Shown here piece after piece: positions 55,761 to 64,000 of a stretch of 64,000 nucleotides of DNA. Source of the stretch: Cycas panzhihuaensis (lineage: Eukaryota > Plantae > Cycadophyta); contig CM041465.1 of NCBI GenBank assembly GCA_023213395.1, positions 127,355,741 through 127,419,740 on the forward strand, in the 5' to 3' direction. Both the position numbers and the translations under genes were made by a program. Position 1 is the stretch's first letter. Each line of letters starts with the position of its first letter. The notes beneath the pieces were generated by a model that worked only from the letters and a program-made list of their open reading frames with translations, made no database searches and was not told where the DNA came from.

Positions 55761-58735
55761 TGTTAAAATATTAATGTTTTATCCTAAGTTAGGAAACTCT
55801 AGGAAGTCTAAGGGCTAGGTGTCATTGTTCCCTCTTTGTACTTTACCGACACTTGTCACTCATGTTGACACTTTTCATTTGTGTATGTATCAGTTATGTA
55901 AAATTCTTATATATAAGAAAGTACATCTCTCATATCAAATCAATAAAGAATTCAGTTTTCACTCTCTTCAATAGAGTTTAGTCTGCTTTTCCAACATGGT
56001 ATCAGAGCAAGTCTGATAAACTGAATCAGGATAGTACATGATCAAGCTGAGGAAGCACAAAAGGTTAACGAAGTCATGTAAAGAAGCAAGAAGCAAAAAT
56101 CTGAAGAAGGAAGAACAGAAATCAAGTACTAGACATGACCATACAACAATATACGAAACCATGTGGATTTGTACAACCATTTTCCAAAATACTCAGATCA
56201 AGATAAAATTTGACCAGCAAGGACATCTCACCGAGTACATTCCATTGTCCCCAAAACACTTTTCCAAATTCAACCTCAATAAGTGGAAAAACAGTGAAAA
56301 ATAACTACATGGGTTTAGTGTTTGCAAAGCATATTTCTTCCAAATATCTCAATCTCAGGCCATGTATGTGGGATCAGAATAATCCTCTACTTGTAAGTTT
56401 TCTGTTGAATGTATAATTTCAAGATTTGGTGCAAAATTTTGTGAGTTATAAGCAAAATCAAGTTTCAAACCCTAGCTTCTCCTCTACCTTTAAAGCATTT
56501 TTTCTGCCTGTCTAGAATTCCGTTTGGAAAATTGACTTAAGATCCAAGTATACAACCTAAAAATCTTTGATCTGGGAGAGTTTTGCTAAAACCCGTACAC
56601 CTGTACTTTTGACCATGCATCTGTATGACTGTACAAACCAAACCTATAATAGCCTTCAAAAAATTCTAGTCACTGCTCCTATTTTCAAAAGTCATGAAAA
56701 TGGCCCCAATCTATTCACTAAGTGAATCAGACAAGCTAACAAGCTTAAACTACATTGCATGGAAAATTAAAATTAAAGGGCTTCTAGTTGCAAAAACTGC
56801 ATGGGAAATAGTCATAGGCAGGGAGGCAAAACCAACCACAGGAGATGCAACAAAGATTAGTTGGGAAGAGAGAGACAGGCAACCCTTAGCCATAATCACT
56901 CTATCCATTGGTGATTCAATTCTGACTTCACATTAGTGAAGCCTCTACTTCTGTTGAAATATAGAATACCTTAGCTCCTATTTTTAGCCAAAAGAATGAA
57001 GCCTGCATTATTTACCTAAGAGAGCAACTTTACCATCTACATTTAAGGGAGGAAGTGCAAGTTACTGATTTCATCACCAAACTAGTAGAAATCAAGGATA
57101 GTCTAACTTCTATCGAAGAGTCCAGTTAGGTACTAAAATTGTTTGTCTAGTACTTAATAAACTGCCGAAATCCTTTGACAACCTGGTGAATACTCTTATT
57201 ATTAGCAGACAAACTCAAAATATGTCTTTCGATACATCGTGTGGTCATTTACTTCAATAGGAACAAAGAACTCGCAAGTATGAAGAGGGAGCAGATGTTG
57301 AAGGAGCCTTTGTCTCGAGGCTTAGAATCAATGAAAGAGGGGGACGAAGTACTAGGGGAAGATCATTCAAAACAAGAAGTAACAAAGGAAGATCCTTCAA
57401 AGGAATAGGAAGAGGTAGATCACCTAATACTCAAGTATGCTATCACTGTGGAAGAATAGGTCACATTGTAGTAGATTGTAGAACAACATAAAGCCAACCA
57501 TGTTACTACTGTGGAAGGTATGGACATCTCTCCAACAACTGTTTCTACAAAAGATTTGACATTTCCAAGGGTAAATGTATTGAAGGCAACTATAGTAGAG
57601 AATAGTCAAAAGATGAAGATGATGAAGAGATTGTTTTCATTGATGCTTTAGCTTCATCCATCCAGCATAGTGAGAATTGGTTTGTTGATTATAGCACATC
57701 AAATTATATGACAGGTAGAAAGGACTAGTTTGAATCCCTGCAACCATACATGACAAACAAGACTGTGGAGTTAGATGATAATCACCTTATGGAAATCAAA
57801 GGCAGAGAAACTATAGCAATCTACATTAAGCATGAAATTTAAAAATTTGGAAATGTATTATTTGTGCCAAGCATGAAGAAGAATCTTCTTTCAATATCAC
57901 AGTCAAGAAAGAAGAAACTTCATGTGATCTTTCATGAAAATGGAAAAATGCTATATCCTTGATATGAAAAGGGTGGTCAAGCCATTACTGAGGGAATAGA
58001 AACCAACGATCTTTATAAGTTGGTTTCTACCCATGCTATCCCATCTAGAAAAGCTCTTGTTGTTCAAAATAATAATAATGAAATCTGGCATTCTCGCTAT
58101 GGGCATATTTCTGATGATAGGTTAAAATAGCTAAAAAATTTTAAAATGGTTGAAGTACTGCCTACTAATCTTACAACAAATGTTTCTGTTTATAAAAATT
58201 GTATGTTAGGAAAACAACATAGAATGCCATTTTAGGAAAGCAATTGGAAAGTAAAAGAAAAACTAGAGTTGATTCACAGTGATATATGTGAACCTATTAC
58301 ACCAAACTCTATAAATGGTGTCAAGTACTTTCTCACTTTTATAGATGATTTTACCAAAAAAACTTGGGTCTACTTTATCTTTAGTAAATTTGAAGCCCTA
58401 GACTACTTTAAAGAGTTCAAGGCTTAAGTAGAACTCGAAAGTGGGCACAAAATAAACATGTTGAGAACAGACAAAGGTGGAGAATATGTCTCAAATGATT
58501 AAGCTTTTGCAAAACTCATGGCATTCATAGGCAAAGCACTACTCCATACACACCACAGCCAAATGGAGTAGATGAAAGATTAAACAGGACTTTAACAAAT
58601 ATGGCTCAATGTATCCTAAAGGAGAAAAATGTATCAAACATATATTGGGTTGAAGCCATTAATATTGTTCTCTATTTAACAAATAGATGTTCTACAAAGG
58701 CACTCGACAAGATCACTCCAGAGGAAGCATGGCAC
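55761..58735 (+). mobile_element. Ty1/copia 5' half (LTR 55761-55996, PBS, gag, PR, partial INT)
   Basis: CCAACA|TGGTATCAGAGC at 55997-56008; gag MAPIYSLSESDKLTSLNYIAWKIKI (ORF 56694), paired zinc knuckles ~57437-57542; homologous to 44673-49580. Confidence 0.92.
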
Positions 58736-59508
58736 TTTCAACACCATCGACATATGTCAAAAGAGAATCTAAAATTGAAAGTTTGAGAACAGATATAGCA
58801 TTGTTATTCCTTTCTTCCTAGTTTATCAGGTCTACTATGTCTGTGGGCTCTTTTTCTTCCCCAGTTGTGATATTCCAGGCATGTTTTGCTTTCAAGAGGC
58901 CCTCAATTTTTATTTTCCAGATGCTGAAATTCATTTCAGTGAATTTATCAGCTTCAAGTAGAGCTATAGCTGAAGAATCCATGATTGAATGATAAAGGTA
59001 GAGGAAACTATTGGAGAAACTTAGTTGCAGGGTTGTACGGTTGTACGGTGTACGAAAATGTATGGATCTGAGAACTTTGAATTTTCACGTCCGTACGATG
59101 TCCGTACACTAGTTCTTTCATCAAATTCATCTTCTGTGATGATGTGTACTTCAGATAGACTTGTCTTTAGAAATTTGGTTTTCCAGTCTGACTCTTGTTA
59201 ATTTCTCTCAAAGCCCTAATTGCCTCCTTGTCAAAATTCAGATAAAAAATTGATCCTTGACCAAATGGTCATAACCCACTCTGATACCATGTAATAAAGA
59301 TCTCAAGTTGATTTATTAATAAGGATGAATCCTCCATAAATACACTACAACTTTTATGGGACAAATGGCAACTGATCAATGTGATCTTGCCATTTGTTAT
59401 TCAGAGAGAAAAAGGGGGAATAATACATGACCCTCATAAAGTGTCTTAGATATACTTTACCTTTGCAAAGTATTTAGAAATATCCTAGATAAAACATTAC
59501 TTCTAACA
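58736..59508 (-). mobile_element. Ty1/copia 5' fragment (LTR 59290-59508, PBS, gag N-terminus)
   Basis: PBS complement ACTCTGATACCA 59278-59289; gag MDSSAIALLEADKFTEMNFSIWKIKIEGLLKAKHAW from ~58983. Confidence 0.88.
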
Positions 59509-60322
59509 TTAGAGACATGCAAGCATTGATTGATAGGAACAATATGGATGCCCTCACGTGGTGGACAATTAATTGTGCAGCGGCCAACATGATTCGATCA
59601 CTTGCTATTTATGTTCCTTCACAGGTAGCAAGCTCCTCTTCAGTAGACAGCAATTAGAGCACATTTGGCTCCATTCATTCTGTGAAAAGAAATAAGTTGA
59701 AGTTGCATAAGATTAAGGACTTGTTGTTTATACACTCCAACTGTCACTCATGGGAAGCAGGGGTACAGAAAGGATGGCCCTTTACAGTTTTGGGATTTTG
59801 ATCTTAAAAGCACAAACTTGGAATCCAATCAATTTTGCATCTTTGACACTTCATACTTCCCACCTTCCATGCAAGCTCCTATATTACATTCTTCGAGAGA
59901 AGCATCATCTTTAGAAATTGGTTCAACAACCTTTCAAGATCGTTCTCATAATGATCTTAATGATTTTTTCTGATATGTGATGATATATTTAATGTACATT
60001 GTAAAAACTAAATTTGTAATTGATTCTTCATATCATTTTGACATTTTATGAGTCAAATTCTCCTTCAATTATGTATTTTTTATTTTAACGTGCATAGACG
60101 AATTATGTATTTTCAATTTTAAAATGTAAATACCCATTTTAGTTACGTATTTTCAATTTACATATATAAACAATTGTTTCAATTTTCTATTTTCTATTTA
60201 AAATTTATGTTCATATGTGTGTCTGTGTGTGCGTGATTGGAAAGTGCATAGAAAACATACAAATGCTTCTACAATTTTGGGAATTTTTTGAAACTAGCAT
60301 TTCCACGTTTCAGGTTACTTAG
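59509..60322 (+). mobile_element. hAT DNA transposon remnant (C-terminal dimerisation domain and probable 3' end)
   Basis: Translation DALTWW...LAIYVPSQVASSSSVDSN*STFGSIHSVKRNKL...DLLFIHSN (~59547-59741) fits the hAT dimerisation motif; short TGTATTTT subterminal-like repeats at 60070-60155. Right end tentative. Confidence 0.8.
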
Positions 60323-60949
60323 CCCATGAGCTAATAACCAAGCCAAGAGTGCTAACAAAACAATTGAAAATTATTTACGAAGAATTTAAGACATCAACCA
60401 AGCAAACTGAGCAGACAAACTTCCATCAATACTATGGCCATTTTGCACAACTTACAAAATAACCATAGGCCAAACGTCTTTTTATTTGGTCTACAAAATT
60501 GAAGCTATTATCCCTTATGAGTTTGAAATCCCCCCTAGAATTGTACTAGCATGCTACCTTGATGATAAAGAATCCTTGTAAGAACGTCTCCTCTAAGTGG
60601 TGTAGTTTGAAAAAACAAAAAATATTGTAGTTTGGACATAAAATATTGAAAAAAAAAATCACCAAATGCATTTCATGATCGCCGCATAAAGGTACCCCAA
60701 TTCCATAAGGGCAATCAAGTGTTGCTATATGATAGTAGGTTTAAGATACACCCCAACAAACTAAGGATGCAATGGATAGCACCATACATAATAGAAGAGA
60801 TATACAAGAATGGCTTTGTCTAGTTGAGAGAGCTAGCAAGCCAACTATAGGGGGAACTTCTCAACACCAACACTAAGTGCATTATAATGAGTTGCAAAGG
60901 TACCTGTCGATCCTAGAATACGTCTAGGACAATAAAGCTTGTCCTAATA

Positions 60950-62411
60950 TCAAGTCATCTCAATACATTAATAGAATTTGTTTTTTAAAATTAAAAACAT
61001 AAAAAAACAACCATAACTCGATTTCACAAATAAATGATATACTCAGTAATGAAGACTCTGGTGGTAATGACCTAGCTTGACATATGCACAATGGAAGGAA
61101 AAGAAAACAAACTCAAATGAGAGCTGGTGTTGATGAACACAAGGATTGTCAACCGCATTTGATAAATAATAGGACGATGGGATGCAATGGTAGACACCTC
61201 AAAGTAAACCACCAACATGACATGTGAGCAGAGCATGTGGACAACATGCATGGAGCAAGATATGCCATAGCATCAACATTGGATACTAGCCTAGGAATGG
61301 ACATTATCCCAACATTTCTCCCCATAATGGCCATTTAGGAAGACTCCAAGTTTGTTTCTAAACTTGTCGAACTTGGCTTTACTCAATGCCTTGGTGAATA
61401 TGTCTGCAAATTGATCATCCATTTTGCAAGATATCAACTCAAGTTCGCCTTGTTGCACTAATTCTTTAATAAAGTGATGCGCTTTTGTGTACTTAGTCCT
61501 ACCATGAAACACTAGATTCCTAGTCATTTGTATGGTACTTTGGTTGTCACGTAGTAGCATGTTGAGGTTTGGTTGTCACATAGTAACAGGTTCAGGTGAG
61601 GTCTCAACAGGTATCTTAGTGGTATAGTTGGGTATGGATTACACTACAAGTCATCAGATTCTTATAAATTAGTTGGAGTTATAGTCTCAAACTAGGCAAG
61701 CTATAGAGATGACAAAAAATCTATTTCAAGGCATGCTTTTAATTTGAGTTTAGCAATCATTGCCTAGTGTACAAAGAAGCAATCTACAATATCACTCTCC
61801 ACTACAAATGCAAAGTATAAGTCAACTATTGTAGGAGCATGTAAAACAATTTGTTTGTCTTAGGAGAGTTTTATAGGACTTACAATTGTTGCTTCATGAT
61901 AAAGAAAGTACAAGAAGAGCAAAGTATTGTGTTTTATGATAGGCTTGAGTCCTAACCAAGCCTCTTCAAGTGTCACCCATCTGGCTACTTTAGTTGTGCA
62001 TTTGTCAACAAGTAAACAACAGTGTGAACTGCATCAACCCAATCTTCATTACCAAGTTGCTTATCCTTAAGTACACTTCTAGTCGTTTTGACTACAATCC
62101 TGTTCTTTCTCTCAGCAACCTCATTTTGTTGAAGAGTGTAAGAATCTATTAATTGTTTCATGATCCCACAGTACCCACAATAGCCTTTGAATTCATTGGA
62201 GATAAATTCTCCCCCATTATCACGTCTAAGGGTCATTATCCTATGAGTATTTTGTCTTTACATTGTGATGTTGAAGTCTACCAAACATTGAAAAGCTTCT
62301 GATTTGTTCCTTAGAAAATATACACAGGTCATCTTTGATTAGTCATCAATCAACGTCATGAAATATCTTGCCCTTCCAAGTGACAAGGTGTCAATTGGTC
62401 CAGATAGATCT
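60950..62411 (-). mobile_element. Rearranged copia fragment (3' LTR ending 61314, RNase H, inverted segment, integrase)
   Basis: ORF 61291-61560 (ADIFTKAL), ORF 61985-62236 (LRRDNGGEF), PPT complement after CCAACA at 61314. Left edge uncertain. Confidence 0.8.
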
Positions 62412-64000
62412 TGAAAGAATCAAAATATGGAAGAAAGAAGAAAATGATCTTTGTTGCTTAATAATACAAGAGAAAATGGTACAAGTATTTAAAGAGAATA
62501 CATGAAATGCATGAGTCACAAGTGTCAAACATGCTAGATAGGTCTAACAACTTTCTAAATAGAAACATACTAAGTTCCCACTATTACAAGGAGTAAACAT
62601 TATTTCTAATCCCCCCCCCCACCCAAAAATAATGTTTACTCTTTATCCCTTAACCTAATTTTCTTCCTAAAGTACAAGAACTTATCCTTCCCTAGTGGTT
62701 TGGTGAAGATGTATGTTGATTCCTCCTCACTAGGATAGTAGATGAACTTTATCTCCTTGTTTCGTACCTTTTACCAAATGTAGTGGTAAACTTCTATATG
62801 TTTGGTTTCAGAATAAAAGATTAGATTCTTACTAAGCTTGATGGCACTCTGATTGTCATAGAAAACTGTTGTGGGCTATTGTTGAGTTTGTCTAAGTTTC
62901 TCTAGAAGTTTTCGGAGCCACATGGCTTCATGGGTGGTCTTGATCGTTGCTTTATATTTCGCTTTCGTAGATGATAGGGCTATTGTCTATTGTTTCTTGC
63001 TACTCCAGGTAATTCCTGAACCAAGACTAAAACAATATCCAGAAGTGGATTTTCTATCATTAGCTTCTCCTACCCAGTCTGAGTAAGTGTAGCCTACTAG
63101 TTCAAGATTATGATTTTTTGGGTATTCTATATCAAGATTGATTGTCCCTTTAACACATCTCAAAAAGTTTTTTGCAACCTACCAATGGGATTCCTTCTAT
63201 GATGCCATAAATTTGTAGATCATGCCTATTAAAAAGGCAAGATATGGTCATTTGGTAGTCAAGTATATCAGACTACCAATTGACTTCTTGTACAAAGGTT
63301 ACATCCACTTGCTTCCCTCCTTCATCAACAATAATTTTGTTTCTAGCTTCCATTAGAGTAGCTATCGATTTGCACCCTAACACGTTGAATTCCTATAAAA
63401 TTTTCTTTGCATATTTTAATTAGGACAAGAATATGCTTGTTACCTTTTGATCAACTTCCATCGCCAAATAATAATGTAGAAGACCCATATCTACTGCCTC
63501 AAATAATCACTCAACATCTTTTTGGTGCATTGAATGTTTTATTCATCACTTCCTATGGGAATGAGATCATCCACGTATTAAACAAGTATGGTGATTAGGT
63601 TCCCCTTACCTAGTTTGATGTATAGGCAAGGGTTTGAGCTACTCCTAACAAATCCTTCTTGTCTAAGATGAGCATCAATTTTTGCATTCCATGATTGTGG
63701 AGTTTGTTTTAGCCCATACAGGGATTTCTTGAGTCTACAGACTAGGTGCTCCTATGCCTTTTTGGCATATCCTAAAGGTTGTTCCATGTATACCTCTTCC
63801 TCAAACTCTGTATTTAGAAATGCACGTTTTACATCCATCTGATGTACTTTCCATCCTTCTTGTGCTACAAGCACAAAAACTGTCCTAATGGTGATCATTT
63901 TGGCTACTGGGCAAAGGTTTCTTCATAATATGTCCCTTTAGCTTGAGTGAAGCCCTTAGCCATCAATCAAGCTTTACACCTCTTAATGGATCCATTTAAT
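62412..64000 (-). mobile_element. Copia 3' end (LTR ~62412-62610, PPT, RNase H, RT), running off the window end
   Basis: RT HQMDVKRAFLN at ~63812-63844, RNase H SDWVGEANDRKSTSGY at ~63035-63083, C-run PPT complement at 62611. Confidence 0.9.

Overview
AT-rich land-plant nuclear DNA that is almost entirely nested, decayed LTR retrotransposons: about a dozen Ty1/copia copies, three Ty3/gypsy remnants, solo LTRs, TRIM-sized elements and a hAT remnant. The only host gene is the last two exons (minus strand, 39317-40089) of a plant O-fucosyltransferase of the Arabidopsis OFUT36/At5g50420 type. No upstream exon was recognised, so 40090-64000 is probably one TE-filled intron of >23.9 kb. The giant intron and heavy CG/CHG deamination suggest a large-genome lineage such as a gymnosperm or fern (inference only). 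The most unusual structures are: (1) a non-autonomous LTR family whose copies carry ladders of 2-4 tandem ~32-bp 'LTR end + tRNA-Met PBS' units; (2) a TRIM family with 81-86-bp LTRs, present both as a complete 323-bp element and spliced around a copia gag-PR-INT cassette; (3) a decayed ~285-codon antisense ORF with a splice acceptor in a copia 5' leader; (4) an in-frame condensed gag-PR-INT polyprotein lacking catalytic motifs. All calls were made by eye; boundaries without a TSD are approximate.
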